Assembly (NCBI GenBank): GCA_035464095.1
Contig: DATHSO010000150.1
Coordinates: 56,593-120,592 of the forward strand
Direction: 5' to 3'
Length of the DNA: 64,000 nt
From: Candidatus Methylomirabilota bacterium
GTDB lineage: Bacteria > Acidobacteriota > Thermoanaerobaculia > Thermoanaerobaculales > Sulfomarinibacteraceae
Under the pieces are notes generated by a model. That model saw only the letters and a list, made by a program, of their open reading frames with translations, did no database searches and was not told where the DNA came from. Numbering within the stretch: position 1 is the first letter of the stretch; every line of letters begins with the position of its first letter. This document shows positions 53,513-63,388 of this stretch, one piece after another. The position numbers and the translations under genes were made by a program.

Positions 53513-56065
53513 TCAGCCCTCCTCGCGCAGGGCCGCGGCGGGCTGCATCCGGGCAGCCAACAGCGCCGGTGGCAGGCCGGCGACCAGGCAGGCCGCCACA
53601 ACCCAGGCGGCCATCTCGGCCAGGGAGGCCCAGGGCAGCACCAGCTCGAGGGACCACCCGAAGGACTGCAGGTTGACCACCTTCACCAGTACCACGCCGA
53701 CCACCAGCCCGACAGCGGACCCGGCCCCGGCGGCGGCGACGCCGAGCAGGCCCGCCTCGGCCACCACCATGGCCGCGAGCTGGCGCCGGGAGCCGCCGAT
53801 CGCGCGCACCGTGGCGAGCTCCCCTCGCCGCTCCACGACCAGGGTCAGGAGCACCGTCAGAACCGCCACCACCGCCACCACCGCCGCCACGAGGTACATG
53901 GCGGTGGTGATGGCGAAGGTGCGCTCGAAGGCGGCGAGGACCGCGCCTCGGAGCTCCCCAGCGACCAGGGCCTCGACCAGGAATCGCCCCCGCGCCGCCT
54001 CCATCAGCTCTGATCGGGCGGCCTCGGCGTCGCTTCCGGGGGCTAGGAAGAGGGCGATGTCGTCGGGCCCGAGCTCGGGGAAGAAGCGCAGGAAGTCGGG
54101 GCGGTCCACCACCACCAGGCCGTGGGACCTGGAGTAATCGCGGAAAACGCCCACCACCTCGCGCTCGAGCGCCCCGCCCGGCAGCTCGAGGCGAACGGTG
54201 TCCCCGACCCCGATGCCGAAGCGGGTCGAGAAGGGCTCGTTGACCACCGCTCCCCGCCGCTCCCAGGCCTCCTGGAAGACCTCGGCGGACTCCCGGCCCG
54301 GAAAGGGCACGCTGCCGTGGTGCCGGACCACGTCGAAGGCGGCGCCGGCGAAGCTCACCGGCCGGCCCCGGTAGGGGACGGTCACCTCGTGGAAGGGGTC
54401 GACGGCCTCGGCCCCGAACATCCCCTCGAGGAACGGGACGAGCTCGGGGTCGAGGCGACCGACCCAGGCCCCGGTGTCCGCCGCCATCGGCCGGACCCAG
54501 ACGTCGGCCCGCATCCCGGCTTCGGTCCAGTCTTTCACCGTCGCCCGGAACGAGCTCACCATGGTGGCGATGGCGACCGCGAGGGCCACCGCCACGGCCA
54601 CCGAGCCCGCCGCCCACGCGGCCCGCCGCCGCCCCGCCGACAGCGCCGCCGCGGCGAGTTGGAGCGCAGCCGAGTGGAGCCGGGCCAGGGGCAGGTGGCC
54701 GAGGCGGGCGAGGGTGTCGAGGAGCAGGCCCGAGCCCACCAGCAGGGTCGCCATGAGCACCAGCGCCGCCACCAGAGCCGCCACCGGCAGTCCCCACAGC
54801 ACCGGCAGCCGCACCAGGACTGCCGCCGCGGCCGCCATGGCCAGCAGGGCGGCGAGGGTGATCAGCCGGGTGCGGTTACCAAGCTGCTGTGGCGTCGTGG
54901 AGCGCAGGCCCTGAAGTGGCGGGATGCGCATCACCTCGGCCAGCGGCAGCACGGCGGCGGCCAGGGCCGTGACCACGGCGACGGCGAGGCCGGCGGCGGC
55001 GAGGCCCGGGTCGAAGCGGATCTCCGAGGCCGGGATGCCGCGCACCACCGAAGCGACGGTGAAGCGGACGCTGGTCAGGGCGAGGCGAGCGCCGCCGAAG
55101 CCGGCGGCAACACCCAGGGCGCCGCCGATCAGGCCGAGGGCGAGGGCCTCGCCCAGGACGGCGCCGGCGATCCCGCGACGGGACGCGCCGAGGGAGCGCA
55201 GCAGGGACACCACGTAGCGCCTCTGGACCACCGAGGTCGCCAGGGTCGTGGCCACCAGGACCCCCCCGACCAGGAGCGAGATCGACGACAGCGCCACGAG
55301 GTTGAAACGCAGGGACGCCAGGATCTGCTCGGCGAAGCGGCGGCGCTCGCCGGGCTCGGCGACCGTCACGCCGCCGGGCAGCATGGCGGCGGCGCGCTCG
55401 CGGAGATCCTCGAGCTCGGCGCCGGCGCGCGGCACCAGCTCGATGCGGTCGAGCCGGCCGACCCGGCCGAGCAGCTCCTGGGCGGCGGCGACGTCCACGA
55501 GGAGCACCCGCTCCCAGACCGCCGACAGGCCCTCGGCGGGGAAGGTGCCGGCGACCTCCACCGTCGCCGGCCGGCCGTCGGCCGACAGGGCCAGGGCATC
55601 GCCCCGGGCGACCCCGAGCTCGCGGGCCAGCGGCTCGGACAGCAGGGCGCCGGAGCCGAGCAGGATCGCTTCCAGGTCGGGCACCTCGGCGTCGCCGGCG
55701 AGCACCGGCCGTACCTGGTCGTCGAGGAGCAGGTCGACGCCGAGGAGACGGACCCCGTCGCCCAGGTCCAGCAGGAGCACTGAATCCTCGACCACGGGCA
55801 CGACGAGGGCGTCGCCGGACAGCGGCCGCAGGGCCTCGAGGAGCTCCTCGGGGAGGCCGCCGGGGCGGGTGACCTCGAGCCGGGCGGCGCCGGCCACCTC
55901 CACGATCCCCTCGGCGAAGGAGGCGACGGCGGCGCGGCTCGCAGCCACGGTGGAGATCACCGCCGCAACCCCCGCAGCAATGCCGACCACGGTGACCAGG
56001 AACCGCCACGGCCGGCGGGCCAGGGGGCGCAGGAGCAGGGCCTTCAGGATCATCGCCGCCGCCAA
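53513..56065 (-). CDS. ABC transporter permease, double FtsX/MacB-type
   Basis: 850 aa with two FtsX-like 4-TM modules separated by large periplasmic regions. Confidence 0.8.
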   Translation of the reverse strand: MAAAMILKALLLRPLARRPWRFLVTVVGIAAGVAAVISTVAASRAAVASFAEGIVEVAGAARLEVTRPGGLPEELLEALRPLSGDALVVPVVEDSVLLLDLGDGVRLLGVDLLLDDQVRPVLAGDAEVPDLEAILLGSGALLSEPLARELGVARGDALALSADGRPATVEVAGTFPAEGLSAVWERVLLVDVAAAQELLGRVGRLDRIELVPRAGAELEDLRERAAAMLPGGVTVAEPGERRRFAEQILASLRFNLVALSSISLLVGGVLVATTLATSVVQRRYVVSLLRSLGASRRGIAGAVLGEALALGLIGGALGVAAGFGGARLALTSVRFTVASVVRGIPASEIRFDPGLAAAGLAVAVVTALAAAVLPLAEVMRIPPLQGLRSTTPQQLGNRTRLITLAALLAMAAAAAVLVRLPVLWGLPVAALVAALVLMATLLVGSGLLLDTLARLGHLPLARLHSAALQLAAAALSAGRRRAAWAAGSVAVAVALAVAIATMVSSFRATVKDWTEAGMRADVWVRPMAADTGAWVGRLDPELVPFLEGMFGAEAVDPFHEVTVPYRGRPVSFAGAAFDVVRHHGSVPFPGRESAEVFQEAWERRGAVVNEPFSTRFGIGVGDTVRLELPGGALEREVVGVFRDYSRSHGLVVVDRPDFLRFFPELGPDDIALFLAPGSDAEAARSELMEAARGRFLVEALVAGELRGAVLAAFERTFAITTAMYLVAAVVAVVAVLTVLLTLVVERRGELATVRAIGGSRRQLAAMVVAEAGLLGVAAAGAGSAVGLVVGVVLVKVVNLQSFGWSLELVLPWASLAEMAAWVVAACLVAGLPPALLAARMQPAAALREEG

Positions 56066-56068
56066 CCG

Positions 56069-56773
56069 TCAGCCGGCGAGCCGGCCGTCGGCGAGCTCGA
56101 GGACGCGGTCGGCGGCGGCGGCGACCCGGGCGTCGTGGGTCGCCAGCAGCAGTGCCACGCCGGCCTCTCGCCGGAGCTCGTCGAGGAGCTCGAGGACCGC
56201 CGCGCCGGTGCGGCTGTCGAGGTTGCCGGTGGGCTCGTCGGCGACCACCACCCGCGGCCGGTGGACCAGGGCCCGGGCGACGGCGGTGCGCTGCTGCTCG
56301 CCGCCCGACAGCTCCGACGGGTAGTGCCGGCGCCGGTGCTCGAGGCCGACACGGCGGATCAGCTCGGCGACCCGGGCGGGGTCGCGGCGGCGGTCGAGGG
56401 CGAGCGGCAGGGCGACGTTCTCCTCCACCGTGAGGTGCGGCACCAGGTGGAAGGCCTGAAAGACCATGCCGATGCGGCGCCGGCGAAGGGTCACCAGCTC
56501 GGCTTCGGAGGCGGCGGCCACGTCGATGCCGCAGACCCGGACACGACCGCGGTCCGGGCGGTCGACCGCCGCCACCAGGTTGAGGGCGGTGGACTTGCCG
56601 CATCCCGACGGCCCGACCAGGGCGACAAGCTCGCCAGGCGCTATGGTGAGGGAGAGCTCGTCGAGGGCGCGCACCTCCTCCGAGCCACGCAGGTAGCTGC
56701 GGCCGGCCCGGTCGAGCTCGACGACGTGCTCCATCACTTCCGGCGAACCGCGGTCGTCGCCCGGAGCTTCCAT
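56069..56773 (-). CDS. ABC transporter ATP-binding protein (LolD/MacB type)
   Basis: Walker A GPSGCGKST, signature LSGGEQQR and Walker B VVADEPTGNLD. Confidence 0.9.
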   Translation of the reverse strand: MEAPGDDRGSPEVMEHVVELDRAGRSYLRGSEEVRALDELSLTIAPGELVALVGPSGCGKSTALNLVAAVDRPDRGRVRVCGIDVAAASEAELVTLRRRRIGMVFQAFHLVPHLTVEENVALPLALDRRRDPARVAELIRRVGLEHRRRHYPSELSGGEQQRTAVARALVHRPRVVVADEPTGNLDSRTGAAVLELLDELRREAGVALLLATHDARVAAAADRVLELADGRLAG

Positions 56774-57075
56774 CAGTCGTCGGCGTACTCGCCGATGGGT
56801 CGGTAGCAAAAGACGAAGGCGCCACCGTTGACGACCACCTTGAGGGTCGCCCCGCGAGTGACGGCGTACTCGACGTAGCCCGGCACCTCGCAGTCGCCGT
56901 GGCACTCGCTGGCGTGGGCCGGCGACTCGCGGTCGGCGCCGCGGTCGTGCCAGGCCAGGCAGATCGGCCCGTCGAGGGCCTGTGCCGCCAGCTCGTCGGC
57001 GAGCCGCTTGGCGGCGGCGAAGTCGAGGTCGGCGGCATCGGTGGTGATGTCTCGGGTCTCGAGCGGATCGATCAT
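56773..57075 (-). CDS. small hypothetical protein (tentatively AF1514/DUF5619-like)
   Basis: 100-aa ORF translationally coupled (ATGA) to the ABC ATPase gene. Motifs PICLAWHDR...SP..SEC and GGAFVFCY. Family assignment is from memory only. Confidence 0.45.
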   Translation of the reverse strand: MIDPLETRDITTDAADLDFAAAKRLADELAAQALDGPICLAWHDRGADRESPAHASECHGDCEVPGYVEYAVTRGATLKVVVNGGAFVFCYRPIGEYADD

Positions 57076-57251
57076 GGTCGACCTCCGGTCGGCTGGTCGT
57101 CGGGCACATCCGGCAAACGCCGGTTGTCGGGGGCGGTGTTCCTGTCCCTCGAGTGCCGCACGCGGAGGCTCATCCGCGCCTCGCCCGCCGGGTCGTGGAA
57201 TGGGACGGCTCGGCCGAACCCTTGACTGGAGCGGGGGTCAGAGGCAGCAAC

Positions 57252-57332
57252 ATGGAGGACATTATGGATCGTAAGCCAGTCTACGTCATTCTCGGAGCGA
57301 CCGGCGGCATCGGCTCGGCCTGGCACGATTGA
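57252..57332 (+). pseudogene. 26-codon N-terminal fragment of a short-chain dehydrogenase/reductase
   Basis: MEDIMDRKPVYVILGATGGIGSAWHD* carries the SDR Rossmann motif TGxxxGIG and then stops. Locally lower GC. Confidence 0.5.
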
Positions 57333-57336
57333 TGCA
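57321..57336 (+). promoter_or_regulatory. sigma-54 (-24/-12) promoter candidate upstream of the cNMP-binding gene
   Basis: TGGCACGATTGATGCA versus consensus TGGCACG-N4-TTGCW: correct GG/GC spacing with one mismatch. About 40 nt of leader with an SD before ATG 57387. Confidence 0.6.
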
Positions 57337-57386
57337 CAGGTCATCGGGAGAACCACGACCCACTGACGGGCGGAAAGGAGTCCCAG

Positions 57387-57887
57387 ATGATCCACGATCG
57401 ACTGGACAAGAACGAGGTCTTCCAGTTCCTCGGTCCCGACCAGATCCGGGCCATCAGCGACGCGGCTGAGGTGTTGGAGGTCCCGGCGGGCGAGACCATC
57501 TACCACCAGGGAAGGCCGGCGGACCACTTCTTCGTGGTCCTCAAGGGGCAGGTCTCGCTGCGCCTGCCGGGACGGTCCGGGGTCAGCATCCAGATCGACG
57601 AGCTCAGCGAGGGTGCGGTCTTCGGCTCCTGCGTCTGCTTCCAGCTGGCCACCTACTCGCTCAACGCCCAGTGCACCCGCGACTCCAGCCTGCTCAAGAT
57701 CGACTCGAGGACCCTCAAGGAGATGATGGACGACGACCTCCTGATGGGCTACACGATCCAGACCCAGATCTCGCGGATCTACTTCAAGCGCTACATCGAC
57801 TCCATGAAGAAGCTGCAGTCCCTGGTCATGAACCTCCCCTTGGAGGTCGAGCAGGGCGAGCCCGCGCAGGTGTCCGTCCCCGTCTGA
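57387..57887 (+). CDS. stand-alone cyclic-nucleotide-binding domain protein
   Basis: cNMP-binding beta-roll pattern (FQFLGPDQIRAISDAAEVLEVPAGETIYHQGRPADHFFVVLKG...GAVFG) with no HTH. SD AAAGGAG lies upstream. Confidence 0.75.
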   Translation: MIHDRLDKNEVFQFLGPDQIRAISDAAEVLEVPAGETIYHQGRPADHFFVVLKGQVSLRLPGRSGVSIQIDELSEGAVFGSCVCFQLATYSLNAQCTRDSSLLKIDSRTLKEMMDDDLLMGYTIQTQISRIYFKRYIDSMKKLQSLVMNLPLEVEQGEPAQVSVPV

Positions 57888-58068
57888 CCGCCGGGACGAC
57901 CCGAGACCGGAGTGCAGAAGACGGTCGGGTCGAGCCGGCCGCCGGGTGCCGGTGCGTGCCCTGAGTCGACGAAAGCCCCGTGGCGACCGATAATGAGGGT
58001 ACGCCGAGGACCGGACGGGTCCATCGGCGTCCCCCCGGGAATCCGGGGAGGATCGGCGTCGATGGGCG

Positions 58069-59439
<1,371 letters not shown>

Positions 59440-59571
59440 GAACGCGAGCGATTCGCACTCCTGGCCCGAGCCGGGTCGGTGCGAAACGCGTGCCTCCGCG
59501 AACCCGCCAGCAGCGATCACAGGGTGCTGCGGCACCTCCCGATCGGGCTCGGAGCACGGGGCCCGCACCGC

Positions 59572-59587
59572 TGGCACTGCTGTTGCA
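59572..59587 (+). promoter_or_regulatory. sigma-54 (-24/-12) promoter candidate upstream of the NifX-like/radical SAM/CGGC genes
   Basis: TGGCACTGCTGTTGCA is a full match to TGGCAC-N5-TTGCA. It lies immediately after the sigma-54 activator gene, and the predicted +1 near 59598 is just before ATG 59600. Confidence 0.7.
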
Positions 59588-59599
59588 GGTCTGGTGAGC

Positions 59600-59998
59600 A
59601 TGAGAGTAGCGATCCCAGCCTGGGACGGACGGGTTTCCCCGGTCTTTGACGTCGCGCGGGTGGTGCAGATCTTCGACCTCGACCTCGGGCGGGGCGTGGC
59701 CCGTGCGGTCGGGAGCCGCCGCCTCCCCGACGGCCGCGCCGCCTCGACGGTGGCGGACCTCGGCGTCGACCGCCTGATCTGCTCCGCCGTGTCGCCGCAG
59801 CTCGAGGCCGTGCTGCTGATGGCCGGCGTCGAGGTCGTCACCGACGTCTGCGGCGATCTCGAGGAGATCGTGGCGGCGGTCGCGAGCGGCGACACGGAGC
59901 TGTCCCGGTTCCGGATGCCCGGGGCGTCCCGCGGGCAGAGGCGGCGGGCCGCCGACGGCGCGGGTCGCGATGGCCGCGAACCGCGACCGGCGCACTGA
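59600..59998 (+). CDS. NifX/NifB-C-terminal-like (dinitrogenase FeMo-cofactor-binding fold) domain protein
   Basis: N-terminus MRVAIPAWDGRVSPVFDVA and ...ICSAVSPQLEAVLLMAGVEVV. ATG 59600 is preferred over GTG 59594 because of the sigma-54 promoter position. Confidence 0.65.
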   Translation: MRVAIPAWDGRVSPVFDVARVVQIFDLDLGRGVARAVGSRRLPDGRAASTVADLGVDRLICSAVSPQLEAVLLMAGVEVVTDVCGDLEEIVAAVASGDTELSRFRMPGASRGQRRRAADGAGRDGREPRPAH

Positions 59999-60034
59999 GT
60001 CGGGGGCCGAGCCGGCCCCGAGGGGAGGTCAACC

Positions 60035-61060
60035 ATGAGCACGCCGACCCCGCATCACGTCTTCGGCCCGGTGCCGTCGCGGCGGCTGGGGCGCTCCCTC
60101 GGGGTCGACCCGCTGCCGCTGAAGACCTGCAACTTCAGCTGCGTCTACTGCCAGCTCGGCCGGACCCGCCGGCGCCAGCTCCGGCGCCACTCCTTCGTCA
60201 ACATCTCGGACATCGTGTCGGAGATCGCCACGACCCTGGCGCACCACGACCGGGGGACCGTGGACTGGATCACGTTTGTCGGCTCGGGGGAGACCACCTT
60301 GTACTCCCGGCTCGGAACCCTGATCCGCTTCGTCAAGACGATGAGCGAGATCCCCGTGGCCGTGATCACCAACGGGTCGCTGCTTCACCTGCCCCGGGTG
60401 CGGCGCGAGCTGGAGGCGGCGGATGCGGTCCTGACCGGCCTCGATGCGGGCACGAGCTCGCTCTTCCGGGCGGTCAACCGGCCCCATCCGGAGCTTGACT
60501 TCGAGACCCACATCGGGGGCCTCGTCGACTTCGGCCGGGAGCACGCCGGCCGCCTCTGGGTGGAGGTGATGCTCGTCGAGGGTCTCAACGACAGCGACGA
60601 TGCCCTGGCGGCGATCGCCGAGGTCCTCCGCCGGGTGGGGCCGGACGAGATCCACGTCACGACGCCGACCCGGCCGCCCGCAGAACCTTGGGTGCGCTGC
60701 CCCGGCGACGAGGCGGTCGCCCGGGCCGCTGCGATCCTCGGTCAGGTGGCTCCGGTTTCGAAGCCCGATGCCGTCGACGCGGCGCTCGATCTCGACGACG
60801 ACCTGGTCGACGCCGTCTTCAACATCATCTCGCGCCACCCCCTGGGAGACGCGGAGCTCGAGCGCCTGCTCTGCGACTGGGCCGCCGGGAAGGTCTCGGG
60901 CGCCCTCGCCAGCCTCCGCTCGAGCGGCAGGGTCCAGGCCGTCGAGCGCTCGGGCCGGCGATTCTGGTGCGCGGCGGGCCTCGACTTCCCCGAGGCGGAC
61001 GACCGTTCGGCCGTGCAGGTGCCGAAAATGCGGTCCGACGTGGTTCCGGCACTGGTGTGA
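60035..61060 (+). CDS. radical SAM protein (COG0731-like, function unknown)
   Basis: N-terminus FGPVPSRRLGRSLGVD, CxxxCxxC motif CNFSCVYC, and GSGETTLY. Confidence 0.85.
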   Translation: MSTPTPHHVFGPVPSRRLGRSLGVDPLPLKTCNFSCVYCQLGRTRRRQLRRHSFVNISDIVSEIATTLAHHDRGTVDWITFVGSGETTLYSRLGTLIRFVKTMSEIPVAVITNGSLLHLPRVRRELEAADAVLTGLDAGTSSLFRAVNRPHPELDFETHIGGLVDFGREHAGRLWVEVMLVEGLNDSDDALAAIAEVLRRVGPDEIHVTTPTRPPAEPWVRCPGDEAVARAAAILGQVAPVSKPDAVDAALDLDDDLVDAVFNIISRHPLGDAELERLLCDWAAGKVSGALASLRSSGRVQAVERSGRRFWCAAGLDFPEADDRSAVQVPKMRSDVVPALV

Positions 61061-61144
61061 CCGGGAGAGCCCGGCGATGGCGCCGGTCGAAGCTGCGCCT
61101 CGCCGTCCGGCGATGAGGCGGAAGCGAGAGGAAGGAAGGGGCCA

Positions 61145-61582
61145 GTGAAGAAGATCGGGATCATTATCTGCGATCGCTGGCGCCGGTGCGCGGGGGGCAA
61201 GTGCCTGCGTGCCCTCGAGCACCGCGAGGGGGCGTTTGCGCGCTACCGGGACGAGGAGGTCGCCCTGGTGGGCTACACGACCTGCGACGGCTGTCCGGGC
61301 GGCAACGTCGAGTACGCGCCCGAGGAGATGCTGCGCAACGGCGTCGAGGTCATCCACCTGGCCACCGGGTTGCTCGTCGGCTACCCGCCGTGCCCGTACC
61401 TCGACGACTTCAGCGAGTACATCCGGACGCGCTTCGGCATCGAGGTGGTGCTCGGCACCCACCCGATCCCGCAGAAGTACTGGGAGACCCACCAGTCGCT
61501 CGGGACCTGGGAGCCTCCCCGCTGGCGCGAGCGCATCCGGCTGACGGTGGCCGACGAGGCGACCCGGCGCGCCTACGACTGA
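61145..61582 (+). CDS. CGGC-domain protein
   Basis: Motifs MKKIGIIICDRWRRCAGGKC, TTCDGCPG and HLATGLLVGYPPCPY. Confidence 0.7.
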   Translation: MKKIGIIICDRWRRCAGGKCLRALEHREGAFARYRDEEVALVGYTTCDGCPGGNVEYAPEEMLRNGVEVIHLATGLLVGYPPCPYLDDFSEYIRTRFGIEVVLGTHPIPQKYWETHQSLGTWEPPRWRERIRLTVADEATRRAYD

Positions 61583-61591
61583 CCGGGCGCC

Positions 61592-61924
61592 TCAGTCGTC
61601 GCTCGGCGCCGGCCGGTCGAGGCGGTCGAGCCGACGCTTGATCTCGGCGAGCTCGGCCTCGAGTGCCTCGGCGTCCCGCGACAGCAGCTCCCGCTCATCG
61701 ACGCTGGTGAGGGGGTCGTCCCCCCAGAAGCGCGCGTGAAGCCGGCCCGGCCGGCCGGTCGCCCAGAAGCGGTGGCGCCAGCCGTGGCCGCCAAAGCCGC
61801 CGGGCGCGCCGGCCCAACGGCGGCCGGCCCAGCCTGACCAGCCGCGACCCTGGCCGCACGGGCCCCATCCGCCTCCGGTTCCGGCGCCGTACCCCGTGGG
61901 TCCAGTTCCGTCGTGTCCTGGCAT
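61592..61924 (-). CDS. DUF5320-like protein (Gly-rich N-terminus, coiled-coil C-terminus)
   Basis: N-terminus MPGHDGTGPTGYGAGTGGGWGPCG and C-terminus EALEAELAEIKRRLDRL. Confidence 0.6.
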   Translation of the reverse strand: MPGHDGTGPTGYGAGTGGGWGPCGQGRGWSGWAGRRWAGAPGGFGGHGWRHRFWATGRPGRLHARFWGDDPLTSVDERELLSRDAEALEAELAEIKRRLDRLDRPAPSDD

Positions 61925-61957
61925 GGTGATGCCTCCAATCCGACCCCGTGGCGCCGA

Positions 61958-62287
61958 TCAGGCGTCCTTGGAGCCTCGGCGTTCGGTGATCTTCTGGTGC
62001 GTCGGTGAGCCCTCGCGGACCAGCGCCGAGCCGCACTCGGGGCAGCGCTGGTCGAGGCATGGGTTACCGGGCAGGTGGGGTGCGCGGTGACCGCACTTCG
62101 GGCACAGACAGACGCCGCCGCTGCCGAGGCCTCCACCCTGTCCGCGGCCGCCGCCGCCGCGGCCGCCGCCCATGCCGCCGCCGCGGCCGCCTCCGCCGCC
62201 GCGGCCCATGCCGCCGCCGCCTCCGCCGCCGCCCCCGGGGGCGGCCATCATCCGGGACCTTCTCGGTCCGAGCGTGTCGTCAATCAT
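61958..62287 (-). CDS. Gly/Arg-rich protein with C-terminal zinc ribbon
   Basis: About 45 aa of GGGGMGRGGGGGRGGG repeats followed by CPKCG...CPECG. Confidence 0.55.
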   Translation of the reverse strand: MIDDTLGPRRSRMMAAPGGGGGGGGGMGRGGGGGRGGGMGGGRGGGGRGQGGGLGSGGVCLCPKCGHRAPHLPGNPCLDQRCPECGSALVREGSPTHQKITERRGSKDA

Positions 62288-62319
62288 GTCGATCCTCCGT
62301 AGAGCCGGCGCCGGCCGGC

Positions 62320-62736
62320 TCAGCTGTTGTGGCCGCCGCCGCGGCCGCCGTGGCCTTGGCCGTGGCCGTCATGGTTGTGGCCGCAGTCGTGGAAACTGTG
62401 GTCGTGGCAGACCTCACCCGTCGCCTGGAGCGTGCCGGAGACGTACTGCCGGACCACGGTGTCGGGGTCGGTTCCCTGCACTCCCAGGACGACGTCGATG
62501 CCGTGCTGGGCGAGAATGTCGATGGCGCGGGGCCCCATGCCGCCGGCCAGGATCACCTCCGCGCCCTGGCTCCGCAGCCACATGGGGTAGATGCCCCGAC
62601 CGTGCTCGGGGGGGGAGCCGACCACCCGCTCGGCCACAGTCTGGCTCGCCAGGTCCACGGTGTAGAAGGCGAACGCGTCGGCGCCGCCGAAGTGCTCCGA
62701 GAATCGGCCCTGTTGCAACGGAATCACCACTCGCAT
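62320..62736 (-). CDS. NifX/NifB-C-terminal-like domain protein with His-rich tail
   Basis: N-terminus MRVVIPLQQGRFSEHFGGADAFAFY, then ILAGGMGPRAIDILAQHGIDVV, and tail CHDHSFHDCGHNHDGHGQGHGG. Confidence 0.7.
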   Translation of the reverse strand: MRVVIPLQQGRFSEHFGGADAFAFYTVDLASQTVAERVVGSPPEHGRGIYPMWLRSQGAEVILAGGMGPRAIDILAQHGIDVVLGVQGTDPDTVVRQYVSGTLQATGEVCHDHSFHDCGHNHDGHGQGHGGRGGGHNS

Positions 62737-62775
62737 GTCGTCATTCCTCCTTTGTCTGTCCTGTGTCTGTCCTGC

Positions 62776-63180
62776 TCACCGCGGGCCGTGCCCGCGACCG
62801 TGTCCGTTGCCCGCGCCGCGGCAACGGCAGCCACGCCCCCGCCGACCCCCGCCGTCGTGCACCGGGCAGGGGAGCGGGCGCTCTGGGCCGGCCGCCACCA
62901 CCGGGCCTTCGCTGACGACGAGGAGGCGCTCCTCGACGATCGCTCGGGCGACCGCAACCCGGGCGCGGGCGAGGATGCGGGCGAAGGTGGGCCGCGAGAC
63001 CCCCATCCGCTCGGCGGCGACCTCCTGGTAGAGACCCTCGAGATCGGCCAGCCGCAGCGCCTCGAGCTCGTCGAGGCGGAGCGCCTCGACCTCGAGCTCG
63101 CCGGCCGGGCGGCCGATGGGCTTGAAGGCCCTGCCGCCAGCCACGCATCCGACCTGTCTGAGCTTCTCGGGCCGTGCCAT
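62776..63180 (-). CDS. DUF134 (UPF0251) putative DNA-binding protein
   Basis: Motifs FKPIGRPAGELEVEALRLDELEALRLADLEGLYQEVAAERMGVSRPTFARIL, with a Cys/His/Gly-rich tail. Confidence 0.7.
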   Translation of the reverse strand: MARPEKLRQVGCVAGGRAFKPIGRPAGELEVEALRLDELEALRLADLEGLYQEVAAERMGVSRPTFARILARARVAVARAIVEERLLVVSEGPVVAAGPERPLPCPVHDGGGRRGRGCRCRGAGNGHGRGHGPR

Positions 63181-63197
63181 CGCGCCTCCCAGTTACG

Positions 63198-63226
63198 AAC
63201 ATATGCTCATTACGGGTCGATGTCAA
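63198..63226 (-). promoter_or_regulatory. sigma-70-like promoter for the DUF134 operon
   Basis: Minus strand reads TTGACA - 17 nt - TATGTT, followed by SD GGGAGG and ATG 63180. Confidence 0.55.
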
Positions 63227-63388
63227 GCGCCCGTCGACCAGCCATGACGGGTGCTAGACTCCGCCGCGGAGTCGCATGGCGGACCGCTTCGCACGACGGC
63301 AGGGCGCACGTTGCCGGCAGCTCCCCATAGCTGCCGCCGGCCGAGCTGCCGGCGCCGCTGCTCCGCGCCGCGCGCGGGGAGCGCCCTG

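Noticed and set aside
59600-62736. The NifX-like genes as part of a nitrogen-fixation (nif) cluster
   Set aside because: No nifH/D/K/E/N/B are present. These are only the small NifX/NifB-C-terminal-type domains, which are widespread outside diazotrophs.
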